Shown here: in pieces, positions 26,193 through 41,511 of the stretch
Layout: the number at the start of each line of letters is the position of its first letter
Position numbering within the stretch: position 1 is the first letter of the stretch
Source of the DNA: Kudoa neothunni
Lineage: Eukaryota; Animalia; Cnidaria
Assembly (NCBI GenBank): GCA_964304625.1
Contig: OZ199840.1
Span: 9,532,882 to 9,596,881 of the forward strand
DNA length: 64,000 bases
Direction of reading: 5' to 3'
Made by a program: the position numbers and the translations under genes
Notes under the pieces: model-generated
The model's database searches: none
Seen by the model: the letters and a program-made list of their open reading frames with translations, nothing else
Told to the model about the DNA's origin: nothing

Positions 26193-27525
26193 TACGTAAA
26201 GTAGTAATGTTCACTTGTGTGCGCATTAATCTCCTCCTTATACAGACTTTTTTGACTAATTGAGTTTTTTTAGTATACTGTAAAAAATACAAAAGTAACT
26301 AAAAAAATAAAACAAGATTGTCTGTTTGCTTATAAAGTAGTGAATTGGAGGTAGAAACTTTTTGTAAGCAGATTAGCGCTGGCGATAATAAGATTACTAC
26401 AGCATGTGGCTCTCAATACAATAAAGTGATGGGTGAAAATAAGTTTTATTTCCCGCAGCTGATTCAACTATAAAGCAGTGATATTATGTTTTATATTATT
26501 CGAACATAGTTGGAACGTTCTATAGCGTTTTTGCTTGCGTAGGCTGGGACGGCTAGGTAAATAATCACGTGTTATTTAAATGCGACACTGTTAACAAACT
26601 TAGAGATTAGTTGGTTAATGCGATTAATATGCCACACGAGTTGAAGGTAATTTTGATTTTTGATTAAGATAAAGTTCATTCCAGGAGAAAGTGGAGAAGA
26701 ACGGGATATTACCGTTTAGTTTGATTAACATTGTCTCCAAAAAAAGATACCGTTACTGCAGGTAACCGGTAGTACGTAATCCCCTGGGGACCATAAACAA
26801 ATTGCGTGCGCTTGATCATTTGTTTTACATTATATTTTAACTTTTTAACTTTTTATAATCAGGAAATCGTTAAATTTAATTTAAAAAACAATGAAAAATT
26901 ATATTATTGATTGTTTCCTTTCGTGATATTCAAAAAATAATTTCAATTCTTTTACTTAGTCCTGTTCTTTCTTAAAACTGACCGGTCTGTTGTCAGATGC
27001 TTCCATTGTCTGAGTTTCGGAGTCGATTATAACATTGTCAATATGGTTAACTTGACAAATATAATAAATACTATAAAAATTAATATTAAGGCTACCACTT
27101 AATGTAGACAGAGGAAATCTTTAAATGTTTGATTGTAGCAGCCTTGGCACCATTATAAGGAAAACTGAAGTAATATTTTATTATATTTTGTACTTAAAAT
27201 TATTACCCATTTTTAATAGTATAATATTCGAAAACCAAAGTCAACCGCAAAAAAATTGAGTACTATCCCCCCCCCCCCCAGTCACGTACAAACAAATGTG
27301 AAAGTCCCGCAGTTTTTTATTTTAATTATTAGATATTTTAAACATCAATATGATCATAAAATTATTATATAACTTATGCTAAATGACTATCGAAAATATT
27401 TTGAAAACAGAACAAATTGCGTACTATCGGCAACCTACTGTGTTATACTTTGCGTTTAATACTTTAATTGATGGGTCAGTTGAAAGATATAGAGATATTA
27501 CATATTACAAAACTGATTTCATTAA

Positions 27526-28063
27526 CCCTTAAACGATATCCTCGTGCGGATTGCACATCCGATACCCGTGGGCTCTAGAAGTCCACCCATTCTAAAAACG
27601 CATTATATAAATTAATTAGATCATGGGGAGGATTTAATTATCAAAAGCACGGTAACGCGTACGTATGTAGGAAAGTAATGTATATCATGAAATAAACATA
27701 CATATTATCGATTTAATGTGTTTTTATGTTCACCACAATTGTTGCAAACTTATTTTTTTCGTTTTCGTTTGAATCATAATTATCACATAAATATGTATCT
27801 AACTCATTCGAAGATACACTTCCAGGTTCAGAAGATAAAAAATTCATATGATAAACTGGGTTCCTGCATTTTTGAAAAATGATACGATTATGTGATTAAT
27901 TTGAGTTCGAAACTAGATTAATGTATTAAATTTTACAGAGATATAGAAGAACTAATTTTAGGAATTTACTTAAAATTCTAGTCTCAAAAATCGATTATTT
28001 AGAGGAGTTTTTCCCATTTTACTGTCCAAATGGGCTCGTGGAGTTCACGGGCATCGTTTAAGG
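27526..28063. mobile_element. piggyBac-like MITE
   Basis: TTAA|CCCTTAAACGAT ... ATCGTTTAAGG. The right end is abutted by a hAT-like element. Confidence 0.65.
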
Positions 28064-28870
28064 CAGTATTTCCCAACCTTGTTTAGCTGTGACCTATATT
28101 TTTTTCAAAAAAATAACTTGTGACCCACATTAATATCGGAATTTTTTAATAGAATTTAACGTTTACAATTTTAATTTTTTTATATATAATTTTTTTCTAT
28201 TCGAAAAAGTATGAAAACAACTGTAGCATGGTTTCTTGTAAATTCAATAAATTTAAATGTATACCAAATTCATTCGAATATAACTCGCCATTACCCAATA
28301 TCAATACATTTTAATATAAGAAAATTAATCATTTAATCCAGGAATAAAATCAAATATAATATTCACATCAGGATTATATACAGCAGCAGTTTGAAAATTT
28401 ATGTTTTTATTAAAATTTTTAAATGAGGTAAACATTATTACTCCTCTAAATTCTTTTGGTTTATAATATTTTTATTCATTTTGGAGGTTCTGACAAAATA
28501 CCAATTTATCATTTTCCATCGGGTGTCATGACTATTTAATTTTCCTAATTAAATAAATTATGCAAAGTCAAAAATATGTTTAAAATATGCAGATAAATAT
28601 TTATGTGCAATTCCATGTTATTTAAAATTATTCATTGACGACTTTTTTTTATTAAAAATCATATATATTTTATATCTATATTAATTTTCTTGTTATTAAA
28701 TAAACTAATTAAAAATTTTATTTCGTCGATTATAAATAATATGACCGGCATAAAAGGATAATAAAAAAATATAGTTAGGATGTGACGATTATATTTTCAT
28801 TAAATGTCTAAAAACACATTATTTTGTAAAATAAAAATCTTTAATTTCATATAAACTGATAATATTATTT
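28064..28870. mobile_element. hAT-like element related to 15039-15649, in the opposite orientation
   Basis: CAGTATTTCCCAACCTTGTTTAGCTGTGACC resembles the reverse complement of the 15620-15649 end; about 28830-28870 resembles the reverse complement of 15121-15155. Confidence 0.55.
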
Positions 28871-29856
28871 AATAAAATTCTTTCTGTGTGAGAATTCTGG
28901 GCGAATAATACTTTCAATGTCTAGATTTGGGTTATTGAATCAGCGAGTGAACTGAAGTGTTTGAAAATACCTTCAAGTTTTAATAGCTAAATTAAACATA
29001 AAATGTACTTTTTAAACATTCTCGTTCCACTTAGATATTTTGTGAATAATCTTAGTAAGTATTAAATAATTAAAAATAGAAAAAATTATGAACTCGAATA
29101 GCTGTGTCATAAAATTTAACGAGTCCAAGAAATACATGAATAGTTACGTGTCGAACATTTAATAGATAGAAAAATTAACTCTCATCTGTATCAGATTTTC
29201 AAGTTGAAGAATTTTTCCTGAGCTTCAAAAACAAACGAACAAAAGTGTAAGTACTGCCTGATCGGAACACGTGCTGATCATTTCAAGTCGCATGATGAGT
29301 TAAATTTTTACCAATTTCCTTCTTAAAATGTGTTATTTTACTCATAAAACAACAATACGTAACTTAACAATAATTTTAAAAATTCAGATTTTACTTTATT
29401 TTTGTGAAAGTTTGCACATATCTCTCGAAGGGACAAAAAGCAGGATGCTTTACCTTAATCCACCAGCTATTTTATTTCTTTTTGGCGACTAATTAACAAA
29501 CACCAGTATTTAATTTACACTATGATCGTATATTTTAAGAGGATAAATGATTGTAAGTGTAACATATGGATTATAAAGGTAGTAATCCACCAACCACATA
29601 TGTGCGCGACCGAGAGCAGAGCGGGAGGCATCCCCGTCTTTTAATGTTTATAATTAGGCATTGCCATTTTCGATTAAAATTGATTTTCGTTCATTTTATT
29701 GTCGATTTTTTTAATGAACGTCGAAAACGGCAATATTTATTTATAACGCAGGTTTGAATCCCAGTTTGTAAGTTGTGTCACAAAAAGGTTCATAAAATAG
29801 TGCTAAAATATCAGAAACATAAATCATTCCTCTCTTCCGCATATGATAATATAGAT

Positions 29857-30174
29857 CAGGTATGGTCGGACTTGCTTAAAATGGGAGTCGTATTTAATGA
29901 ATTTCGAATTTCTCGGAACGACTAGGAGTAAAAATTATAGTTCAGGGTTTTTAAAATATTTATATTTTGTCTACAAGTTTTAATTAATAATGAATTAATG
30001 CTAAATTTATGTATTCTTATTCAGAATAGCTGCATGGTCCTATGACTTTTAAAGTATCCCAATAATTATATGAGCAAAATTTAATGAAACGATAGGTCGT
30101 CTAAATTTGTCAAGAGCCGCACTTCAACATCCAGGAACCACATGCGTCTCGCGAGTCGGGGTTTGACTTCCCTA
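29857..30174. mobile_element. hAT MITE with 8-bp TSD
   Basis: TSD ATATAGAT at 29849-56 and 30175-82; ends CAGGTATGGTC / GACTTCCCTA; diverged sister copy at 55049-55367. Confidence 0.8.
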
Positions 30175-31904
30175 ATATAGATCTTTAACATTTATCGCCA
30201 AAGCAATGTTTTCTTCATTTAGATATATCGCAATAAATTCATTTGATTTAAATCCCATTATTGTCACGAAATAGTAACAAAGGGCGTGAATTTTCGCATG
30301 TATGTATCCCAAGCTGGAGAATGGAGAATCAACAAACATCCTATTTTGAAGGGGAAAAATTTGTCCTCATATTTATGTAGGTATTTTATCGAATAGTAGA
30401 TTATCTAAATTTTAGTTAGACCACGGCTTCTCACTTATGGATATAATTTCTATAGGGCCGATATTCATACGTTGAATCAACTAAAAAACCGCACGGTTGG
30501 CAAGCTTGCTTTGCACTTAATGTACAGATTCTACATAATCGGAATTTCTCTTAAAGTATATCATGTGCGATTCGTGCTCAATCGAATCTGAAATAAGGCT
30601 GTTAACCAATAGTCATCTAATAAAATTTCTCGCGATAAATTTGTTTTCAATCTACTATTGTCTATTTATTAATACATAAAATAAGAATAATTAATTTTGT
30701 GTGTTCATAAAAAATTACAAAATTCATTTCATAATTTGTTTAAAAAACAGTTAAATAATTACATCTTAATTAAAAAATAAACAAATTATAAAGAATATAT
30801 TAGAATGAGTTGAAATCATAAACATTGTATTATATATTACTTTAATTTTAATTAGTGTCATAATTAATTTTTTAGATTATTTTGTTTAATAATTTAAATT
30901 TATATGCTTCAGGTTAAAATCGATTTGCTTTCAAACTTTGCACTAACTAAAAATCTACATCCAAAATTTGATCGTATATTTGTTTCCTCATTTAATTTTT
31001 AAATTAATATTTAAAACAAAAATTACAAACATTGCGCGCGCATGTACATCAAATTTGAAAAGTTTACTTATTCCATTCTAACGAAAATCACATAATATAA
31101 TTATTTATCATTCCTCATCTTAACTAAAATATTGAATAATCCTTTCACTAATTAGTACGTAAAAATATCCTGTTAACATTAAATACCAATATTAAAGCGA
31201 AACTTAGTTTTGTTGTTCAAGATCACATGTTAATTTATACAACAGTCACAAAAGAAATATTATAATTGATTTTTTACCGAAAAACTCACAAATAATAGTT
31301 AAGTAAAGCGTTAAATGAATATTTGTAATTCAATAAAAAGCATTACGACATTATTAGATCACACGACCGATTACGCACGGCAAGGCACGGCACGAATCAG
31401 GTTAGAAATAATGTAAATGTAACCTACTGGGTTCAACTGCTTAATGATAATTTTAATAAATATATATAAACAATGATTGGTGACGATTGAATAAATGAGT
31501 TCTAATTGTCACAGATAAGCATCCATTTAATCTCTTATCCCAATCAATAAATAAGATTATGATTATTTACGAGTGGTGGTTTAAGTTAATCGCGGCTATT
31601 TTCTATTTGTACTTATATTTCCTGTAAGAAAAAGTGTGTTCTATAATGCGCGATTAAATTGAGGCATTATTCGCGGCAATCGGTTCACATGTATAAATCA
31701 CCAAGCAGTTAATTTTTGTAAATTACACATTTTAAAATTTTTAGAAAAATCCACCTCCATTTTTAACTTTAAACAATCCACAAATAAGTCATTTCGGCGG
31801 AATTAAGACAGGTGTAAGCGGCATTACTTATAACGAGAATGCACGACAACTAAGACAGGGCGGTACATTCCTCGGCGTGGATTTACATAGAACATACGAA
31901 ACCA

Positions 31905-34900
31905 ATGAAACTATTGTTGTTGTTATTTTTATGTTTGAACTTAATTCACAAATTGAGCTGTTATGTGAGTCTGAATACTCCTACTGTGCTTCTGCCATGG
32001 TATAGTAATTCCACGGGATCGGTCACTTATGAGTTGAAAGCGAAACCAGAAACAGCATGTTTACAATGGTAGATTGACCTAATTGGTTATCGGTTGAGCT
32101 TAATCTGATAACTCATAGGAAATCGCGTAATGATGATGTTGTGGCTATTTTAAAAAGTATACACTTCGAGAATGTCGATTCAACCTCTGTGGAATTGAAT
32201 TAACATCCCCATCTACATAGGAACACCTGAAGGAACAAGCTATTTGGGTGACACATCCAAGTGTTCCAATAGTATTCTATTAACTCCAATCTCGTCAAAA
32301 CCGGTACGACGTTCCTCAATAATAATGGTCAAGAATAGTATCGATACATGTAACCACCATGTTTTATGCTATTTCGGGTTGTTAAAATTTTGTTGCGAAC
32401 ACCATAGATTTGAGATGCGATGTGATTGTTGATACGATAAGGAGAATAGAGATTGTAACACGAACAAGAGAGCTCAATGTGGGTGAGATGTTTGAGAATA
32501 TTGAAATTGTTGGCTATGATAATCAAGGTGATTATCTCATTATAAAAAATTATAAATAAATATAAAAAATTATAAATAAATATAAACAATTATAAATAAA
32601 TATAAAAAATTATAAATAAATATAAACAATTATAAATAAATATAAACAATTATAAATAAATATAAACAATTATAAATAAATATAAACAATTATAAATAAA
32701 TATAAACAATTATAAATAAATATAAACAATTATAAATAAATATAAACAATTATAAATAAATATAAACAATTGAATTTATGACAATGATTTAATTGATTGA
32801 TTGTTAGATAATGTTTTCAACACGATGGTTGGATTAGCATTTCAATGGACAATTAAACCTTCACCTAATAGCGCAATTAGAGATATTAATTCTATTATGA
32901 AGTAGGTTTTTGAGTTGTTGCTTTTAACAACAATTCAACAACATTCCAATGTAGAATAACTAATTTCGACCAAACATCTTACACGGCCGACCCAAAAATA
33001 ATTGAATTGGAAGCTAAAGTATTTGCTTTGTTCGTGTGTCTTTCATTATTTTTAATGGATTAAACAAAGGGTTTGCATGGTTCTTCTATAATGATCGAAC
33101 CCATAAATACCGGTGAAGTTATTCTCACTGCTTCGTTCAAAGATCCCGCCTATTCGGTAGTTTTCATTATTTTCACTTTTTATACGTTACTAACGTACAA
33201 TATCGATATTGCTGTGTAGACCATCATATCTGATAGTGTAGTTATATTGGTGCGTGGTGATATTTTTATTGGTGATTCCAATGATGACATTGATAATGAT
33301 ATCTACGCTCTCACTAATACTCTTATTGATATTAAGCCGCGAAAATTTTTTCGTGGAAAATTCATGCGTAATTTCAATTTATTAATTGAATTTCTTATTG
33401 TTTCATAACATTGCAATATTGTGAGATAATCTGTCGATAACAATGATCTATTTAGCGATAACACTTCCTTCCACTCAATATCTAGTCAATGTATCCAATA
33501 GCAACGTGGTTGTCATAGAATATGGTAAAATAAGAACCAACACAATTGGTCAATCCAAAGTTGCTGTTATTGATAATTATATACCTCACGGAAAACATTC
33601 ATCCATACCTACTATACTATTTCACGTGGTTAATCCCAACGTTATTGGTATTGATTATTAATTGGTTAATGATTATATCAACTCTCCCTCCATTAAGATG
33701 TTCGTTTGAAAAATTGTGATGCGGGTGAAAGTTGTTGGTATTTCGCGTCGAAGTCAGTTGTTGATTTAACTGTGGACCTTTTCTACGACCTGAATCCGCT
33801 CAAAATCAACGACAACATTGTATTCGATTGTTTAATTAAGCTATTCAGACAAAGCTAGACACTTACTCGCCACATTCCGACATGCATTGAGCATTAGGGA
33901 GTACAATTACATGTGCTGACCTAATAAGGGTCAATAAGATTTAAATTTATTTTCGAGATATTGAATAGAGCTTACGTACGGCTTTCTCATACTTTTATAT
34001 TCTGTTAATTTAAGTCAAAATCATGCATGCTTGCGCTTGAAATATTTAATCCTTTAATTGGCGGTCGATTTTAAAAAATTAATACTTACATGTTGCTATA
34101 GTGATTTTGTCAATAAAAATCGTGTGTATTTAAAAACATGACATTTCTAAATAACTACGTAGCCGATCTGTGTGAGTGACTTTTTTTGTTTGAATCACCA
34201 AAAATTTTCGACTGATTAATTGAGTTGAATTAATCCAAATTATTTAATCAATTTAGGTGCTGCTTACCGAAATCAATATCTCAAATGCTAATATTGCAAA
34301 ACTCTCACAAATCCACAACAATGGGTCATTGTTCACTGTTAGCGCGCTTATTAAGGGAAAAGCCGAACTAACAGTGACAATCAAAGGTTACGTCAACGAT
34401 AAACGAGCTACAACAACTTTTGAAAAACCTTTACAATTCTTTAAGTCGTTCTTTGTTGTCGATCCTATCACCATAGTACCAGACGGAAGCGATACGGCTG
34501 TTGAGGAGATTTATTTGACCGAACTCCCCAAACCTTACAATCAACCTCTAACACTCCACCTTAAAGCATACGGTGGTACAGAGCAATTTCAATGGAGATT
34601 ACATGAGTTGGATCCACATCCCAAAGTTGTCTCCCTCTCAAATCAACAACCCGGCAAAATTGTCGTTAATCCTATTGCTGGTGTGTATAAGGTGTTGATA
34701 TCTGATACGGTGGCGTCGTATGCTGCAGGAATATCCAAAGTGTTGTCGTTGATTATTCAACCGATTGATCATTTTAAATTCTCCAAATCTCAATATGAAA
34801 TCTTCACCAATGAAACTTTGTCGGCCGACATCGACGTCTATATTAAACATCCCATATCAAAAACTTACCATCGTGTCTATAGATACGGATTATTACCTTT

Positions 34901-37900
34901 TATTTTTAATACTGATATGATGCGCCAAACCCTATTCCTATACAAAGATTCTACTCAGAAACTTTCAAATGGCGCGCAACTAATTTTAAGTGATCATGGC
35001 GATTATCAGCTTCACACAACTTTAAAATTTCCCAATCGCCCACTTCTTAAAACATCAACATTGGTGCGAGCCTACAATCATCTGGCCTTGGCTGGTGGAC
35101 AATGCGAAACGTTTAACGCTCTGCCTGGTAGCGATATTGTCATAACAACGGTGGGCGGTCCATTCCCCGCCCATACTCAAGGTGTCGAAGATAGCTTCTA
35201 TGCCAAAGTGGAACTGGTCAATACGTCCGATTCGGCCAACATCTTTTCACAAAAATTTCCTATTCTCACCTACGGAAACCTCAAGTCTGAAAACGACAGA
35301 TACACCGTCACTCTGAGTTGTCTGAAGGTTGGTCTGAACAGTTTACGAGTCACACTCGGCAATAAACAAACTAAAGCCAACTCCAACCACACCCCATTGG
35401 TTGAGAGTATTGTCGTTGCTGATGTCGAATGTGTTCATCCTGATGATTATGTTCTCAGCAGCGCGGTATCTATCGTAGGATATGAGGATGTCAGCACCAA
35501 TCGCCACTGTGTGAATACTTATCATTTAAGATTCGATAAGGACTTTGTGATGGAGTTACAGTTGATCCATCGAGTTAAAAATTCACCAATCTGTTCTTTT
35601 CCAAACTTGACTAATGCGCATGCTGTTCTGCGATCTACTGACACAACAAAAAAGGTCAAATTCTCAATTAAATACATAAAAAATGAAGGTAAGTTTGCTG
35701 ACTTGATTGTTGGATATTTTACAGCGATCTGATTTAAAATGGAATATATCCAGCGTAATTTCTTAGTGATTCTTCTCATTAATATTACCTCATTATTTAA
35801 TCATTGATCCCATTAAAAGTGAGTATTTGCATAATAATAATAATAATAATAAATATTAATTATAACAATATTCACTTTTGACTATATTTAGTTCTGTATG
35901 CTTCCCGCGAAAAATAATGTTTGTTATTAAAATTTTTCTCAGCGCGCATGTGCGAAGATATTTTAAGATTCGAATTTACTACGTGAATACCTCTCTTCCA
36001 ATCTCAGTTAATAATCTCAATTAGTAGTATTTTTTCACACACACTTATCCTTTGAATTTGGAAGGTGATATTGTTTGTTCGTATAAATGCGTCGACGATA
36101 TAATTCGAGTTGCTAAGTTACGCATAAGTTTTACCACACCAAAAAAACTCTAAACCGATTCAGTATAATTTAAAAATTAAATTTTATATTGATTTTAATT
36201 CAGTTTTATTTCGACTGTTAATTTGATTGGTTTTTATATTGCTCTAACAAATTTTTCAACCATATAGCTTTAATTCTTTAAATAATATAATTAAAAAAAT
36301 GTTGCATCATCTAAATATCCACAGATGTAAAGGATATTATCGCTTTATTTATGTCGGTAAGATATGATGTAGTTTGGGATTTTAATGCCAAGATAGATAT
36401 TTTTCATCTTTGATTAATACTCATCATTTTTTATTGTAACGTGTGGATTATAAAGGTTGCAATCCACCAATCACATATGCGCGATCTAGAACAAAGTGGT
36501 ATGGCACCACCGCGTTTATATTATTTTGTTGTTAAAATGGTGATACTTTGTGTATTTTCGCCTGAACTTTAAAGCACTTTCTACATTAATCGGTAAATAA
36601 TATTTTTTTTAAATAGGTGAAATTTTGTTGAAAATACATAAAATATAAGAGGCTTATTAACAGAATTTATTTAGAAAGTAATAGAATGATAGGTTCGTGT
36701 TACATTTATATGCAATTCTTTTGATTCGTAAATAACAGAAAATTATTTATTAATTTCATTCAATCAAAAATAACGGATTATAAGGATCATACCTCTAGGT
36801 TTTAATATGCTAACAAAAGTTTTTAGATTTTATAAGATTTACTGTATTTTAATTGATCAGTAATACAAGAAAATGCGAAGAGAATTAATTATAATTCTTT
36901 CTTATCAGTACTTTAGTACTTTAGAGCGCGAGTAGACATCTTCGAATTATAAATCAAACCAAAATCAGGTTTTAATTATGTTTCATTGTCTGTTGCTTCA
37001 TGCTTTCCTAAATCATCGTAAACTCTATGAAGTTACTCAATTTTTTGTAATAAAAAGAAATTTGTCCAATAGAATGTAACATATTCTGAAATGTGTATAC
37101 TCAGGAATCGATCGAATAATCACGTTTTATTTCAAATGGATGTCATTAATGTTTACTCTATATGAAAAATAATTGATAATTGATTTTTTATTATGAAAAT
37201 AAGAATCTCGTAAGTTAAATATGTAATTTGGATCGACTTGTTACAACCTAACTCCATAATTAGATATAGTAGTTGATTAAAAAAACAGTTTTAATTTTTT
37301 TCTTGATTGATTATGTTGGGTAAATTCCTTCGCTGTCTAAAAAATTATATTACCTTGCTCTGAAGAATATGAAAAATATATTATCACTTTTCTGTATTAG
37401 ATTCTGGCGCCAACGCTCTTGGATATTATTTGCTTTCAAACACAGACAAGTTTGTTGGCCCCTCAGTGCTTGAACTACAACTTTACTATTCTCACCTTTC
37501 GTACAAGGCAACCTACAAAAAAGAAATGTTGACAAATTTTGTTGGTGTTCCTCAGTTTGCAGTCAACTCCATTCACTTGATTCAACATGTTGACGATGTT
37601 GCAATTGTGCCGATTATTGGAGGATCGAACGTATTCAAGAGTGTTGTGTCTGATCCAAGCGTAGTTTCTGTTGCTGTCGAGCCATTTTCCAAATTCAAAG
37701 ACAAGATCAATTTGCAACAACGAGCTGTTGTCTCCATTTCTAAAGTGGCTGTTATTAAGCCTAAAAAGACCGTGGGTCAGGTTTCAGTGGTTTTAGTGGA
37801 TGAGTGTCTTCCACAACCCCCTAAGAATTCTCAATTAGACAAAGCAGGTTCGACCGTCGACTCTACTTTGGATGTGAGTGTTGATGTGATTCAACATTTG

Positions 37901-40900
37901 AACGTGAACTACACTTCTAAAGTTATGATTGGCAGTACATCACTTATTGAGATCAACTTATTTGACTCAAATATGAGACCGATCTCCAAGGAGAAATTTC
38001 ACCTTATCAACCTCACCTATGAGATCTCAAGTGAAGCTTTTATCAGTATCGAAACAGCATCCAGTTTGTGGCCGGACACTGACTACAGCCGTTATTGGTT
38101 GGTTCGTCCACTTGCCGTAGGTTCCACCACGTTGAGTATTAAAGCCGCATTGACCTCAGTACCGTCCACAATAACTCAAACTTCAAAATCAGTTTCTTCA
38201 ACTGTAGTCATTGAGACCTATGATCCTTTGCGTGTGTCGCCAGATGTTATTTATGCTATTCCGCACATGACATTCCAATTGAACTTGAGAGGTGGGCCAG
38301 CTGTGTCGTCAGACCACCGCATCGAATACCACTTTGATAATGAAAACATACATAAAATTATCGATTTTTCCGACCAACTACATTCTATATATACCAAAAG
38401 TGAAGGCGATGTGACATTGACACTTAGATCCGTGAGTATCTCCACCAATCAAGTGTTGTCACAAGCAATTGTGAAGGTGTATTGTCGGAAGCTAGAGAGT
38501 GTTCACATCGAATCATCCTCTCAGGTCATACTACAGAACAACACAGTGGTTGTCAAGGCGAAATTTCGTAACTCTAATGGCCAATTTACCACATTTGGCT
38601 TAATTCCACACGGCATTGCAATCCATTGGGATGTTCCTCATCCGAATGAGATTGTTTCCAGCTATTGGTTGAGTGGATTTGATAGTGTGGATGATGGATC
38701 TGAATGTATCAATCTTCAATTGAATGAACTAGGTAGATTTTCTTTACAGCTGAAAGTTTTTATCGCGCCAGAATATTTGAATTATATCGGAGGACCAAAA
38801 TTATCGCTACATCAATCCAAATCTCACAGTATCCATTATTTGTTCGCGAAACACGATTTTGAAACCGTTCCCCGCCTATCGATCGAACCCTCAAAGTCGC
38901 TTCAAAATGGTTGGTTTAACTGGAAAAATCACGACCAAAACATGATTAGTTCATTAGCACTGTTGGCCGATTATTCCTCATTGGAATATATGATACCTGT
39001 GGATGGTGCTGTTTACCTCATCAACTCAAACTACAATAATTTGTGGGTGGGTTCTGAGGCTTCCGCCAACAGCCATACCAACACCAACATTGACTCTGTG
39101 GTTCATTGGACTATTATCAACTCCAATCCATCCAATCTCATTCAAATCAACTGCCAAGACAGTGTTCATATGATTGAAAGCGCTGGCCAAAGTATTCAGT
39201 GCTCCAACAGAAATCTCCTCATTAAATCATCACATGTCAAAGGTGAAGCAATTATTGTTGCTAACCGAAGATTCCAATCACGTCCTATAATGGTCAAAGT
39301 GAAGAGTGTCAACCAGATTTCGTTGGTGTTTGTTTCCGAATTGAAAGCGGCTAAAGTGGTTGTAGAAAATAAACGTTGGTTCGCATTTCCAGTGGGTTAC
39401 ACTGCCAAATTTAAATTGGTTGCCATGGATGAACATGGTGGCATCTTCTCAGTTGTTCAAGGCAAAAGCTACATCACAGAATGTGTCAATTGTAAAAATG
39501 TTCTGCTGAAAAATACCCTTGAGTCAGATGGATCTCTTTCAGTGACAATGAAGTATCCCGGAAATGTTGCAATAAAAGTCAGTCATGTAGACGAACCACA
39601 CATAAACTTTTTGTTGCGTTTCATCATTATACACGGTCTTGATCCTTCTCACTCGCCACCATCATTTGTTGGTAAATATGAGATAAATGACAGTACAAAA
39701 CACCAAATGTCCGACCAACCATTACCCACCAAATCATCGACTAATGATACTGAGCTTGGTGATGATGATGATGATGATGATGATGACGACGACTTATCAA
39801 CAACAGTTGTGCATGAAATTACAATACAACGCCCTGTTGGAATGATTTATTTGTTGTCACCTGTGTTCACTATCGACAATCATCAACTTGAGTGGTTGGT
39901 GTCGGATGAAAACAACCTCAAACTATTATGGAAAAACCTCACTCATGCAGTGCTGTATTCGATTAAAGTTGGCGAAAGCAAACTAACAGTAGTTTCTTCG
40001 TCATCCAAACAACCTCACGGTTATGCTGTTATGTCCAATGTTTTACCCGATAGTATATCGTTTCAGTTGAAAACGTCTGAATCATCAACAAAAAGCGACG
40101 TGATGGTTATCTCCAACTATGACCACTTTGAAAAATGTCTTCCTATTCGCGTTCTAAGCAATGTCTTCCAATCCAATGTTACTTTTGATGAGTCCATATC
40201 TAATAATATACTCGAATCTGGTAACCATATTGAGCATCCATTTGTGTGCAATATGTTGTTCAATAATGGTGAATTTGATCATCCATTTTACACCTACATT
40301 CAACGCAATTTTATCAACAAACTTAAAATTGATCTAACTCGTATGACGGTAACCTGCTGTGTGAAATTTGTTGGAAAAGATTCGACTGAAGATTTACCGC
40401 CCGTAGATTATGATTCCGACAATAAAAATAACACACTTGACTCCTTTTTATTGGAAGCCCATCTTAAGGACAACCCCAATATTTTTGCTCGCCAATCTGT
40501 TCAGTTTGCTCAAAAATTCCGTTTACTAACACGCTCTGTTCTTTCCCTATCGGGTGAAATGTCTTATTTGACTGAATCGACTGATAACGTCGGCGAAACT
40601 ACGAATACGATGGTTGTGGTGGTACCTAAGGATGGCTCGATTGCTACAATTCAACTTGTTGGAGATCCATCCAGTTTTGCGTTTATTAAAGTGAAAAGTT
40701 CCCTTCCGAATTGTTTCAAAACTCAAATGGCTCCTGATTATTACAGCAACAGAACAATGCTTATCCGAGTGGGATTCACCAACTGTCAAACCCTCAACAA
40801 AGATGATTTCTATTGGGTTGAAGCGGAAAGTAGTTTGACTGGACAAATTGCGCAAATCCGCCTACTATTGTCAGATCAAACTAGCTTCACTTTGAACGAT

Positions 40901-41368
40901 AGCAAATCTACTTGGTATTATTTGCGAGCCGCATTCAATTCCCTTCCTAAAGCGATTTCCATCGATATCACCACCGCTTTCTTCACACTGCTATCTCTCA
41001 TAGGCACTGTGATTGTAATTTTTATGTTGGCTGGTGATGCTCGCCTTTCCGGCTTTGCAAATGATCTTAAAAGAGTGGCGCACAATGCTACCGGCTTGGT
41101 GCCTCAAGCTTTCCAATCATTCTACAAGAGACCAGCAACAACCGTAAATCCCAGCCGAAAAGTGGGAGGCGTTAATGTTCCCAATTACAACAACTTGTTG
41201 CATTCTTCCTACGGCATTAAATCCAATCCAACCTCTTCCAACAACTCATCCAAGACCACTGTTAAATCCGCTGGATTGATGTTTGACAAACCACACGCTG
41301 CTATTTACGATGATGATTTTGGTAAGGTGCCGAAACACAACTTTAAAACCTATAATGCTTCTCAATGA
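31905..41368 (+). CDS. NUP210: Nuclear pore membrane glycoprotein 210 (gp210/Nup210), multi-exon
   Basis: Signal peptide followed by LNTPTVLLPW..YELKA..CLQW, the gp210 N-terminal motif. Ig-like repeats with GGP motifs (TVGGP, LRGGP). Large exons at about 34257-35688 and 37401-41368. Single C-terminal TM (AFFTLLSLIGTVIVIFMLAG) and a Ser-rich tail. Confidence 0.85.
32548..32771. repeat. Intronic 20-bp minisatellite (AATTATAAATAAATATAAAC), about 11 copies
   Basis: Direct tandem array visible in the sequence. Confidence 0.95.
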
Positions 41369-41511
41369 CCTATTCCAATGTTATGTAAACTCTGATTAAT
41401 TGATATTTTGATTGTAAACTTCTTGCCATATATTCAATTATAATTATATCATGGTGTGATTTTTTTATCGCAAAATAATTATTATTCCCATTATATATAG
41501 CTTTTTCTTAA

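Noticed and set aside
32548-32771. CRISPR-like array
   Set aside because: Head-to-tail 20-mers with no unique spacers, inside a eukaryotic intron.
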